Shown here in pieces: positions 9,254 to 18,232 of a stretch of 64,000 bases of DNA; the stretch's first letter is position 1; each line of letters starts with the position of its first letter. Where the stretch lies: positions 62,001-126,000 of the IMG/VR virus record IMGVR_UViG_3300035670_000008. One strand, 5' to 3'. The notes beneath the pieces were generated by a model, which saw only the letters and a list, made by a program, of their open reading frames with translations, did not search any database and was not told where the DNA came from. Made by a program: the position numbers and the translations under genes.

Positions 9254-9854
9254 ACTCTTTGAGAATAGCTAGACCAGGGTTTAAAAAGTCTTCTAATGTC
9301 CCTCGGTTTTGTAGGACTACTAATTTGATGCCCTCTAGCTCCAGCAGGTCTTTATTGTAGTAGCTACGCGAGTCCCCCTTAAAGTCATAGCCTGGGCGGA
9401 CTATCTTAATTACCAAGATGTTCTCGCTACCGCAATGCTCTATAACCGGGTAGAGCTCTTCTAGTAATCCACCGTCGCTAGAGACGAAGCAGCGGACGAG
9501 GGACTTCAGCTTAATATCCTTCATCAGCTCAACAAGTCTGACTCCGAAGAAGTCATTACCGTGAGTAGGTTTGATGTAGGTCTCCGAGACTTGGATATAT
9601 GCCTCGCGGGGGCTTAAGCCGTAGAAGTATTGGTAGTTTGGTGTATCTTTGATTAATTCAAACTGGGTAACGTCCTCTGGGTTAGGTACGTTGTACAGCC
9701 GGTGAGTCATTACCTTTAGACTATGGGCAAACTTGATGTGCCAAACTAGATCCATTGAGGCCTGTTGAAAGTGGTCAGCTAGTGTGTCTTTTCCACAACC
9801 AGGAGGACCGTTAAGGATGATGATTTTGGTCATTTGTTTTATGAAGCTGAGCAA
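9213..9854 (-). CDS. Deoxynucleoside monophosphate kinase (T4 gp1-like)
   Basis: IIILNGPPGCGKDT, IKFA..LK, REAYIQVSE, SDGG. Confidence 0.85.
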   Translation of the reverse strand: MLSFIKQMTKIIILNGPPGCGKDTLADHFQQASMDLVWHIKFAHSLKVMTHRLYNVPNPEDVTQFELIKDTPNYQYFYGLSPREAYIQVSETYIKPTHGNDFFGVRLVELMKDIKLKSLVRCFVSSDGGLLEELYPVIEHCGSENILVIKIVRPGYDFKGDSRSYYNKDLLELEGIKLVVLQNRGTLEDFLNPGLAILKEFALGEQFVYRLLS

Positions 9855-10314
9855 TAAGCTCTAAGAATAAATCGTGTTGTATGCAGTCTACCACTATCGG
9901 CTTACCGGTTTCGGGGTGTTGAATCTCAATACTCCAAACTTGTATGCCTTGCTGTAGACCTTTCTCGTACTCTTTTAGGGTTAGGTTCCAGCTACTCCGA
10001 GTGCCCCGGCGTTTAACTTCCTGTCGGATTTCTCCTAACAAAAGTAGGTCTCCGTCACCGCAAGCCGCGCCGCTCCTCAAAGTTTTGGTGGCTATCGACC
10101 GTTGGAGGTGAGTCTCGGTCTGTTTAGCTCTCCTAACCACGGCTCTTTTTTCTTCTTTATCTTGCTGCCAATTCGATAACGGGTGGTTACCGATAGAAGC
10201 AATTGGCTCATAATAAAGATCCTTAGAGCCGAATCCTGCTACGCACTCCCAACATCGCCTCTGTGCGTTAGAGCAGTTAGTGTAATGAATAGGCGGACAT
10301 TTAATTTTCTTCAT
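9811..10314 (-). CDS. Putative PD-(D/E)xK nuclease, Holliday junction resolvase-like
   Basis: SGAACGDGD...QEVK motif, N-terminal Cys cluster. Confidence 0.55.
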   Translation of the reverse strand: MKKIKCPPIHYTNCSNAQRRCWECVAGFGSKDLYYEPIASIGNHPLSNWQQDKEEKRAVVRRAKQTETHLQRSIATKTLRSGAACGDGDLLLLGEIRQEVKRRGTRSSWNLTLKEYEKGLQQGIQVWSIEIQHPETGKPIVVDCIQHDLFLELIAQLHKTNDQNHHP

Positions 10315-10320
10315 AGCACT

Positions 10321-10800
10321 ATGTCTTACTCTGTTACGGTTGTATCCGAAAATATTTCTAGAAGCGTTACTAATACGATGGTAGCCGGCGTTAAGATTGT
10401 GCCGGTCACGTTTAATAAGCGAGTGGTAGCTGGTGTTACTTATAACGTTTACCCAGTGGCTGTAGCCACGCGAGTGCCAGTAGACAGCAGTGAGACTGTT
10501 GACCTACGGGCTTATCTGCCTACAGAAGACCATGTGTTGGCTACGTTAGCAGTTAAGTCAAGCCGTCCTGTAGAGGTGACTGTTTCTGGGGTATACCAGA
10601 ACATCCCGAGGGTATATAACTTACCCGCGAGTACCTACAATCAGTTCGTGTTTGACAGCTCGGAGTTTGGTAACTCCTTTGAAGTGCATACGGTAATACT
10701 GAGCAACCCGGCGGCGGCAGTGACTCAACCGAGTCCACTACCTGCCGGTTACCCTGCAGCCAACGTTGAATTGTTTGCTGCTGTGTATGACCCTAGCTAG
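10321..10800 (+). CDS. Hypothetical beta-rich protein (possible virion protein)
   Basis: ATG at 10321 avoids overlap with divergent gene; Val/Thr/Ser rich. Confidence 0.55.
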   Translation: MSYSVTVVSENISRSVTNTMVAGVKIVPVTFNKRVVAGVTYNVYPVAVATRVPVDSSETVDLRAYLPTEDHVLATLAVKSSRPVEVTVSGVYQNIPRVYNLPASTYNQFVFDSSEFGNSFEVHTVILSNPAAAVTQPSPLPAGYPAANVELFAAVYDPS

Positions 10801-10855
10801 AGACTCTTGGGTGGCCGTCGCACGCGGCTTTCACCCGACAATAAAACTTAAAATA

Positions 10856-12193
10856 TTGACGTTCTCTCCGCCCTAAAGGACGGGGATTCTTCATTCAACG
10901 TCCAACCGTAACACCGCAGGATAGCTCCAACGATACTAGAGGGTCAAACTCCTGAAGCGTAGATTCGGCCGCGCCCCGACCTATTTTTTCTAGCCCTCGC
11001 TGGAGGATGTTCTTCGCCGCATTAACGTCACGGTCTTCAACGTAGCCACAGTTAGGACAGACATGGGTTCTAACACTCAAGGACTTCTTAACTGTAGTGC
11101 CACATTGCGAACAGTTCTGGCTGGTGTGATGGGGAGGCACAGCAACAACAACCTTGCCATACTTCCTGCCAAAGTAATCCAACCACTGACAGAATGTTGC
11201 CCATCCTGCGTCACTAATCGACTTGGCTAGATGCCGATTTTTAACCATACCCTTCACATTTAAGTTTTCGTAGGCGACCAAATCGTTAGATTGGACTAAA
11301 CGCAGCGACTTCTCTTTAAGCCACTCTTTACGTTGCCGACTTACTCTTAAATGCTTCCGGGCATACCGGTTTCTAGCCTCGTAATAGTTACGAGATTGGG
11401 GTTTTGCACCTTTACGGTACTTTTTAGACTTCTTGCAGTTAGCTCTGTTAAGCTGACGTTCAGACTTACAATAGAATTTCGGAGATTCGACAGTTTCCCC
11501 ATCGCTGGTAGCAATGAAATAGTTAAGCCCTAAGTCTATGCCCACTGTTTTGTGAGCAGGCTCGGATTTGACTTCAACGTCAACCGCGATACAGAACTGG
11601 CAGTAATAGCCGTCTGCTCGTTTAACTAACCGTACCCGTTTAATTTGTGCTTGGTCGTAAAAAGCTAAATCCCAAGTCCCTACCAACTTAAGCCAACCGA
11701 TGTTGTTACCATCGGTAAACTCAATGTGTTTAGGGTCATGAAGTTTCCAACCGGACTGTTTATATTCAACAGAGCGACTATGCTTCTTAAACTTGGGGTA
11801 ACCTTTCTTTCCTTTAGCCCGCTTCTTACAGTTGTCGTAGAAGCGGGCAATAGAAGACCAAGCACGTTCAGCCGAAGCTTGTCTTGCTGTGGAGTTTAAT
11901 TTAGTAGCAAAAGGAAATTCCTTAGCCAATACAGCGCAGTATTTATTAAGGTCATACTTAGACACACCTTTGTTGTCCAACCAATAGCGTAAAGCTTTGT
12001 TGCGGACAAACTGGGCAGTTCTAATAGCCTCGTCAATCTGTCGATACTGAGCAGGTTTTCCTTTTACCTTAAACTCTAAAACAAACATAGCTTCGACCTC
12101 CAACTATATTTTTATGCTAGTCTAGCGGGCATAAAAATGTCAAGTTAAGTTAAAGCCGTGCTGGAGCACGGGGTTTTAAACCCAATTAAAATA
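10856..12193 (-). mobile_element. Non-autonomous IS200/IS605-family (TnpB-only) element
   Basis: Right-end hairpin ending ...GAACGTCAA; left-end hairpin AAAACCCCGTGCTCCAGCACGGCTTT; no tnpA in window; left boundary approximate. Confidence 0.8.
10895..12103 (-). CDS. tnpB: RNA-guided endonuclease TnpB
   Basis: RuvC GIDLG / VAYENL / DRDVNAA intact; Zn finger CSQC..CPNC. Confidence 0.95.
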   Translation of the reverse strand: MEVEAMFVLEFKVKGKPAQYRQIDEAIRTAQFVRNKALRYWLDNKGVSKYDLNKYCAVLAKEFPFATKLNSTARQASAERAWSSIARFYDNCKKRAKGKKGYPKFKKHSRSVEYKQSGWKLHDPKHIEFTDGNNIGWLKLVGTWDLAFYDQAQIKRVRLVKRADGYYCQFCIAVDVEVKSEPAHKTVGIDLGLNYFIATSDGETVESPKFYCKSERQLNRANCKKSKKYRKGAKPQSRNYYEARNRYARKHLRVSRQRKEWLKEKSLRLVQSNDLVAYENLNVKGMVKNRHLAKSISDAGWATFCQWLDYFGRKYGKVVVAVPPHHTSQNCSQCGTTVKKSLSVRTHVCPNCGYVEDRDVNAAKNILQRGLEKIGRGAAESTLQEFDPLVSLELSCGVTVGR

Positions 12194-12249
12194 ATAAGAC
12201 TCTAGGAGCGCAGTGCTCCGACAATAAATTTAAGAGTTTAAATACGTGG

Positions 12250-12894
12250 CTATTCCCACTGTCCGTACTCAAGGTCTTGTGCCATGCTGAGGAACTTAGC
12301 CTTCACCGGCGCAATCTGCTCAAGGAAGTCCTCCTTAGGCATCCGGCGCTTGAAGAGCTCCCAAGCACAGTACTGGGCCTGACCCAGCAGTTCCTGCAGG
12401 CGGGCTTCCGGGATTTGACTAGCGACCCAATAGTAGTTGACCTCCGTAGCTACGCAAGCCGCCGCCAAGATAGGAAGCGGGTAACGAAGCACCAGCCCCG
12501 TCGTCGGCGCCGGGGGTTTATCTAAGCCGTATCGTTCATACAAACAGACCTGCCCGTCCCAATTCAACCAGTCGGCTAGGATGAAGAACAACTGCTCCTT
12601 GGGGAAGCGCTTTTCATAGGAAGTGACGAGTTCACTCCGCTGCGCGGGGCTAGAAAACTGGGCAAGAACCTCCCGGCAGGTGAGTAACTTAAATTGGTAC
12701 TCGAACTGGTCAGGCGGGAGGTCAATCACATACCGGATGCTGGGAGCATAGCGGAGTATCCGGTCGAGCTCGGCAATGCAGACATTGCGATACTCGTTAG
12801 CCGGGGTGTGAGTCAAAAGAAACTCCTCGAAAGAAGTCATATAAGTCGTCATATATGTAGTCAGGTGTAATAGTCTATAAGATGTACTCTCCAA
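12250..12894 (-). CDS. Hypothetical protein
   Basis: Long ORF; start uncertain. Confidence 0.6.
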   Translation of the reverse strand: MESTSYRLLHLTTYMTTYMTSFEEFLLTHTPANEYRNVCIAELDRILRYAPSIRYVIDLPPDQFEYQFKLLTCREVLAQFSSPAQRSELVTSYEKRFPKEQLFFILADWLNWDGQVCLYERYGLDKPPAPTTGLVLRYPLPILAAACVATEVNYYWVASQIPEARLQELLGQAQYCAWELFKRRMPKEDFLEQIAPVKAKFLSMAQDLEYGQWE

Positions 12895-12949
12895 AGCGAA
12901 TAATTACATTCTTATTTCTTATGACTCTCTTAGCTCTTTTCCGTGGCTT

Positions 12950-13306
12950 CTAGGAAATGCTATTTTTACTGGCTTGCAGATTCATTAAGGCAACGGTGGC
13001 AGTGAACATCCGGTAGCAGAAACTCTTCTCCGTGTTCAGCCGGGCGAGCGTACTTTTAAGTTCGCTATGACTTTGCTTAAGTTGAGTGTACTCTGGGTTG
13101 TCAGACAAAATCAACTCAATCGCTGTCTTCCGTTTAGTTTCGTTCGAGTAGGTTTTATCATCGTATACTTCAACGGTGACAACACACTCAATCTCACCCA
13201 TTTTATGATTGAGGTCTATGAGTTCCTCATCCAGGGAGATGACCTCCAGCTCGATTTCTTTAATCTTAGCGGCGAGCTTCGTAGCTTCTTGGTATTGTAA
13301 GGACAT
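12950..13306 (-). CDS. Coiled-coil protein, possibly UvsY-like recombination mediator
   Basis: Helical, SNETKRK...D.EY pattern; RecA nearby; function weakly supported. Confidence 0.45.
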   Translation of the reverse strand: MSLQYQEATKLAAKIKEIELEVISLDEELIDLNHKMGEIECVVTVEVYDDKTYSNETKRKTAIELILSDNPEYTQLKQSHSELKSTLARLNTEKSFCYRMFTATVALMNLQASKNSIS

Positions 13307-13353
13307 AGGTTACAGTGAAAGTAGGTTGATATTTCTCTTATTGCTTATTTCTT

Positions 13354-13716
13354 ATGCCTAACTTTGCTCTTGGCACTGACCAAGGAACTCTGGAAAGCCA
13401 TCCACTATACGACTCCCCGTTTAGTTTAGAGGCTGGCGGGCCGCATAAGCTTACTTATAACGGCTTTGTCCGAGTTAACACAGGTATCTACGATAGAGAC
13501 GGTACTGGAGACTCAGCTCGGAACGCCTGGCATTATTATCTACAGAACTTAGACATCACAGTGAGCAAGTATGACTGCTCTGACGACCCAGTGGCGGGTT
13601 CTGTAGCTACGCGGGACGCCGATGGGGCCCTGCACGCGACTAACTTCCATGCGGGAGACTTCAGTTTTGGAGTGGATGGCATTAAAGGTATCTTTAGCGG
13701 TGGAGCCTTCGTCTAA
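13354..13716 (+). CDS. Hypothetical protein
   Basis: ORF coupled to next gene (TAATG). Confidence 0.6.
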   Translation: MPNFALGTDQGTLESHPLYDSPFSLEAGGPHKLTYNGFVRVNTGIYDRDGTGDSARNAWHYYLQNLDITVSKYDCSDDPVAGSVATRDADGALHATNFHAGDFSFGVDGIKGIFSGGAFV

Positions 13717-13979
13717 TGACTGAGTCTATTGCGGAGACGACTACAGCCGTCGGGCTCAAGTTGGCTATGCTAGGGGACTTTGATGACGACCCCTCAGCGG
13801 ATACGCTGCTGGAGTTTGGCGATAAGTATAATTTCAATATGAAAATGCTTGACCAAACAGTTAATCAAGCTCGTAACGCCTTTGAGAATATGGAACAGGT
13901 CGAACGCGCGGGCGTTCTTAAAGGAGTGTTATACGGTGGAAAGCTTGGGGTCTATGATATAGCTTTACCATCGGCATGA
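13716..13979 (+). CDS. Hypothetical protein
   Basis: Coupled ORF. Confidence 0.55.
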   Translation: MTESIAETTTAVGLKLAMLGDFDDDPSADTLLEFGDKYNFNMKMLDQTVNQARNAFENMEQVERAGVLKGVLYGGKLGVYDIALPSA

Positions 13980-14306
13980 GTCCATTAGTAGCTGCTTAAC
14001 CGAGTTATCCCGAGTCATGATTTGACTCATGGTTTCAAGCAGCCGGTTAATAATCTCAGCTTTGGATTCTTGTCTTAACTCCTCCTCCATCATTCGACAA
14101 CGCAGGCTCTGCTCGAGGGTTAGGTCGAACTCCTCCCCTATCAGCTTCTTGTTTTTAGCCAAGCTCAGGTAGAGATTGGTCTTGATGGACAGCTGCCTGG
14201 TGGCGTCCACCAGTAACTCTAATAGCTGCATCTTTTCTAGGTTTTCAGCAGCTTGTTTCATTTGAAGATATTGAAACTGCTGCTCCAAAGTTAACTGGGG
14301 TGACAT
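13965..14306 (-). CDS. nblA: Phycobilisome degradation protein NblA, two domains fused in tandem
   Basis: Repeat 1 LTLEQQF...RQLSIKTN; repeat 2 LTLEQSL...SQIMTRDNSVKQLL. Confidence 0.85.
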   Translation of the reverse strand: MSPQLTLEQQFQYLQMKQAAENLEKMQLLELLVDATRQLSIKTNLYLSLAKNKKLIGEEFDLTLEQSLRCRMMEEELRQESKAEIINRLLETMSQIMTRDNSVKQLLMDSCRW

Positions 14307-14417
14307 TCGGTAAAGCTCCTATTTGGTAGATACTAACAAGTTAGCTTATCCTGCCTTTTGCTTTTTTCCCCGTATTCTAGCTTACAGTGATAATAGTACT
14401 TTATTCTGCGCGTCCCA

Positions 14418-16943
14418 ATGCCTGACCAGATAACTAAGACCCAGGAGACTATACGTTATATTCATCGGTCTGACAACAACCCTCAAACCCTGCCCAGCCT
14501 GTCCACCGAGAACATAGACATCTACAAGGGTGAGGTTGTCGTCAACACCTCTAACGAGAGTCCTGCTCTTTTTATCCGTAGCGGCGAAACTGATAATGAG
14601 AGAGTTAGTGACCGGCTTGTTCGCATTGGCAACACGATTATCTCAGAGGAAGAGCCTTTTGTAGGCATAGATCAGGTAGACAAACGAGGGCTGCATTGGT
14701 ATAACCCAAGTTCTACCCTCCTACATATGTATGACGGCGCTGGTTGGGTAAGAGTAAACAGCGTGCCGGCTACTGAAGTCGTTGCTGGGGAAGCCCAGGT
14801 CGCCAAGTTTGATGATTTAATCCAAGCAACCAGCGACGCCAAGATGGTCTCTCCGCTGAAGCTGGAGCAGTGGAGAGACCACTACGGATTTGTGTCTAGG
14901 AAGAAGAATACCTTCCAGTTGTATGTTGACTTGCAGTATGGAGATGACTCTTTAGAGAACGACGGTAGCGACCCTTATCGTCCTTTTTTAACGATTGCCC
15001 GCGCAGCCATTGAAGTGGCCAGACGTAGCTACAACTATCCAGGCAGAGCTTACTACAAACAGCACACGATTTTCCTCTATCCAGGACAGCATTACGTAGA
15101 CAATCGGCGTGGGGTCAGCCGTTATATCTCTCTGCCTTCTTTGAGCGTCAATTCCACCGGCCCGGTTAACCCTCAGACGCTTAATCAGGTTGTTACGGAT
15201 GTAGACTTAACCACCCAAGTCATTACTTTAAGCGAGCGGGTAGAGTTAGACAGCCGACAAATCTGGTCGTTACGAGATGGAGAAATCGTCGGCTCCGCGA
15301 TTATCAGCAGTGATATTACTTTCGGCGACCAACTTCCGGTTCGTAATATCAAAGGTAGTTGGCTGCCGGGCGATCGAGTAGTTATCTCCGACCTTTATCT
15401 TTTGAATCCCCCAACCGGAGGGATTATTCTACCTCGGGGCTGCTCTGTGGTTGCTTTAGATCCAGATAAGACCGTTATTCGACCGAAGTATATCAGTAAC
15501 CAAGAGTCGCCCTTTGCCTCTATCTTTAAAGTTACCAATGGGTGCGCGTTGGACGGCTTGGTGTTCACAGACTCTAACTTAACTTCTACACATCAGCGCT
15601 GCTCAGCCGTAGAGTACGTTGCGAAAGAAGACTTGGTCAATCTGGACTACGGCTATTACCCTAAGCTTTACTATATCTTCGTCAACACTCAGCTGCCCGC
15701 CCTGGTTCAAAGCGGCTTGACTGCTTTGGAGTCAGAGCTAGCCAATAATGACCTAGGCTACTCAATCTCTATTGATAATTGCGTGGTGAAGTCTTACTAC
15801 GGCTTGAATGGTTTCGTGTTCGAGTACGGAGCGGTAAATGGTAATAACGAGGTTCTGCTGACCGGACTAAAGGTATACACCGAGCAGTTGGATAGCAACG
15901 CCTATGTAGACCCAGAGAAGCGAGAATACAAACCCGAAGCTAAAAACTACGCGGTTAAAGCCCAAGGTAACGTCATCGTTAAGCTGGCTAACAGTCATAT
16001 CAAAGGTGTTCCAGAAGCCCTAGTTTGTTTAGGCGGCGGGCAGCAATACATAACAGGTACTCACTTTAATGACGTGCCTACGTTAGCGGTCTGTAAAGGC
16101 TCACTACCTAGCAAGTTACTGAAAGAGAGCGGGGGTAAAGTCACTCAGATTGTCCCAGTGCTGCCCACACCTATAACTACAAAGAACGTATCTCTGGGGA
16201 CACTACGTAAGACGCTGAGCTTGAATGAGGACTACAAACTTTATCTTAATGACCTAACGTTGACCCCGGACAGCTACTCCTTAGTTAAGGATGAGTTTGT
16301 CTTTATCACCCAAGGGGGCTCTACTTATCAGGCTAAATACTCCGAGTATGGGGTAGATTACATTGACGGTGAGTATTGTGAGTACTTGCTACTTAACTCC
16401 ATTGATGTAAACACCATCACCGATAACCTCTCTGGTGTAGACGATGGCACATCCGTCTATATCAAACGGGTCGTAGACCGTCGGCAGCCCTCTAGCAAAC
16501 TTTACTGGTTCCGCATAGAGGATGTCCGGGCGACACCCCCAAGCGTGGGCATGATACTCAAATCGAGCACCAACGAAGAGCAGTTCAGGACGTATGTCGT
16601 CTCTGCTGTTACGGCTCTGGATTCGACTACCTACTTAGTGGCATTTATCTTAGGAGAGGAGCAAGACCTTCCCTTAACCGATGTGTACCCAGATATTAAT
16701 ACTTCTGTAATTAATACCAGCACCCGGAATAAGTTAGCTACGGAGTGGTTCCTGCGGCAACTAGGATACAGCGAGCAAGGAATAGTTGAGGCTCTATTAG
16801 AATCAGCTCAACCCAGAACCTTGCTTAGTCAACCAAGAGTCGAGTTCGTTGACTTCTCGTTGATTGATATTCGAGGAAGTATCATCAACAGCAGTAGCTA
16901 TGAGGTTGTATCTGCCTACGGTGGTGCAGTCAGACTAGAGTAA
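14418..16943 (+). CDS. Tail fibre/tailspike-like protein
   Basis: GEVVVN/YDGAGW fibre motifs, LYVD..GDD..G..PFLTI.RA, beta-helix-like region. Confidence 0.7.
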   Translation: MPDQITKTQETIRYIHRSDNNPQTLPSLSTENIDIYKGEVVVNTSNESPALFIRSGETDNERVSDRLVRIGNTIISEEEPFVGIDQVDKRGLHWYNPSSTLLHMYDGAGWVRVNSVPATEVVAGEAQVAKFDDLIQATSDAKMVSPLKLEQWRDHYGFVSRKKNTFQLYVDLQYGDDSLENDGSDPYRPFLTIARAAIEVARRSYNYPGRAYYKQHTIFLYPGQHYVDNRRGVSRYISLPSLSVNSTGPVNPQTLNQVVTDVDLTTQVITLSERVELDSRQIWSLRDGEIVGSAIISSDITFGDQLPVRNIKGSWLPGDRVVISDLYLLNPPTGGIILPRGCSVVALDPDKTVIRPKYISNQESPFASIFKVTNGCALDGLVFTDSNLTSTHQRCSAVEYVAKEDLVNLDYGYYPKLYYIFVNTQLPALVQSGLTALESELANNDLGYSISIDNCVVKSYYGLNGFVFEYGAVNGNNEVLLTGLKVYTEQLDSNAYVDPEKREYKPEAKNYAVKAQGNVIVKLANSHIKGVPEALVCLGGGQQYITGTHFNDVPTLAVCKGSLPSKLLKESGGKVTQIVPVLPTPITTKNVSLGTLRKTLSLNEDYKLYLNDLTLTPDSYSLVKDEFVFITQGGSTYQAKYSEYGVDYIDGEYCEYLLLNSIDVNTITDNLSGVDDGTSVYIKRVVDRRQPSSKLYWFRIEDVRATPPSVGMILKSSTNEEQFRTYVVSAVTALDSTTYLVAFILGEEQDLPLTDVYPDINTSVINTSTRNKLATEWFLRQLGYSEQGIVEALLESAQPRTLLSQPRVEFVDFSLIDIRGSIINSSSYEVVSAYGGAVRLE

Positions 16944-16969
16944 GGTTAGGTCTATAAATAACGTCAGTT

Positions 16970-18199
16970 ATGTCAACGGAAGATTCTTTAAGATTTTTAC
17001 TTAGATCGACGTCGGTACTGAACGCCGTTCCTAACAAAGGGTCTCTGTACCGGGGAGTTAACGGTCACCCTGGCGCTGAGCTAGCAGTCGTACATAAAGT
17101 TAACGAGATTGAAACTGGCGGAGCTGCTACGCTCGTAAACACTTCTGCCGGGCTGTACTTCAAAGTTGGCTACGAGAACTCCGACCATATCCAGGATAAA
17201 GTAATCCGTATTGGTAACGTCTACGTTACTGAAGACTTACGTCCAGACCAACTGCAGACCAACAACCAAGATATGGACTACACCGGTGCTTTGTGGTACC
17301 GGCTAGCCGATAGGAGTTTCAGAATTAATCTCACAGGCGGAGCGGATGATGACGCTTGGGATTATATCGACTTCCGTTACACCAACTTAGATGAAACTAC
17401 TGTTACCGTAGGTGGTATCCAAGCAGGCAGCACCTTTGATAAACTTCCGCTGGAGCAGCTACTTAATAACCTTTTCTATCCGTACAAGCAGCCTGAGATT
17501 ACCAGTTTTGTCGTTACTCCTGACCCCACGATTGTAGAGAATCTAGAGGTAGGGGAGCCAATCCCACCTCCAGGGGGCGATAACCAACGGTATATGCAGT
17601 TGGAAGTCGACAAAGATGATAACCTCCAGGAAGTTATCTTCTACGGCGGTACTGATTTAGACAACCTTGTAGAAGCTAGAAATGCCTTCGTGAACGGCTT
17701 CTATAGCGGGGTAGGTCAGAACCGGTCTTATGTTTATACTCAAGCCTACGACTTTACCTTCAACAGCCCGACGACTTATTTCTGGGGAGCTCGGGTTAAA
17801 GACACCGAGGACAACTTCACTCCTTATGCTCTGAAGAAAGTCAACTGGAAGTACCGCTCCTACGTCTGTAGTACCCCTTTAGAAGGGTTGACCGACCCAA
17901 CCATTTTATCGACTGGGATGACTTCCGCCTTAGACCGACTGACTGAGGTAGTTAAGGCCCCTTCAGAAGAAGCCGAGTATATCTATATCTTCCTGCCGGT
18001 AGGGCGCACCGCAGGTGGAATCAGAACAATAGATGGCTACAGTCCCTACGTTGACTTTGGAGCTGGTGCCGCGGGCGGTAAAGTTGCTATGCGCCCCAAA
18101 ACAGAAGTTGTGCTCACCCGCAATGGCGTTCAAGTTGTCTATGAAGTGTATAGAACAGCCTATCCGACTTACGGAGAGCTGACTATCTATATGTATTAA
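16970..18199 (+). CDS. Putative tail structural protein
   Basis: N-terminus resembles upstream fibre; TVGGI.AG...LL..LFYPY..P motif. Confidence 0.6.
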   Translation: MSTEDSLRFLLRSTSVLNAVPNKGSLYRGVNGHPGAELAVVHKVNEIETGGAATLVNTSAGLYFKVGYENSDHIQDKVIRIGNVYVTEDLRPDQLQTNNQDMDYTGALWYRLADRSFRINLTGGADDDAWDYIDFRYTNLDETTVTVGGIQAGSTFDKLPLEQLLNNLFYPYKQPEITSFVVTPDPTIVENLEVGEPIPPPGGDNQRYMQLEVDKDDNLQEVIFYGGTDLDNLVEARNAFVNGFYSGVGQNRSYVYTQAYDFTFNSPTTYFWGARVKDTEDNFTPYALKKVNWKYRSYVCSTPLEGLTDPTILSTGMTSALDRLTEVVKAPSEEAEYIYIFLPVGRTAGGIRTIDGYSPYVDFGAGAAGGKVAMRPKTEVVLTRNGVQVVYEVYRTAYPTYGELTIYMY

Positions 18200-18232
18200 T
18201 ATAAATTTATAGGACACTAAGTAGTAAAGCAG

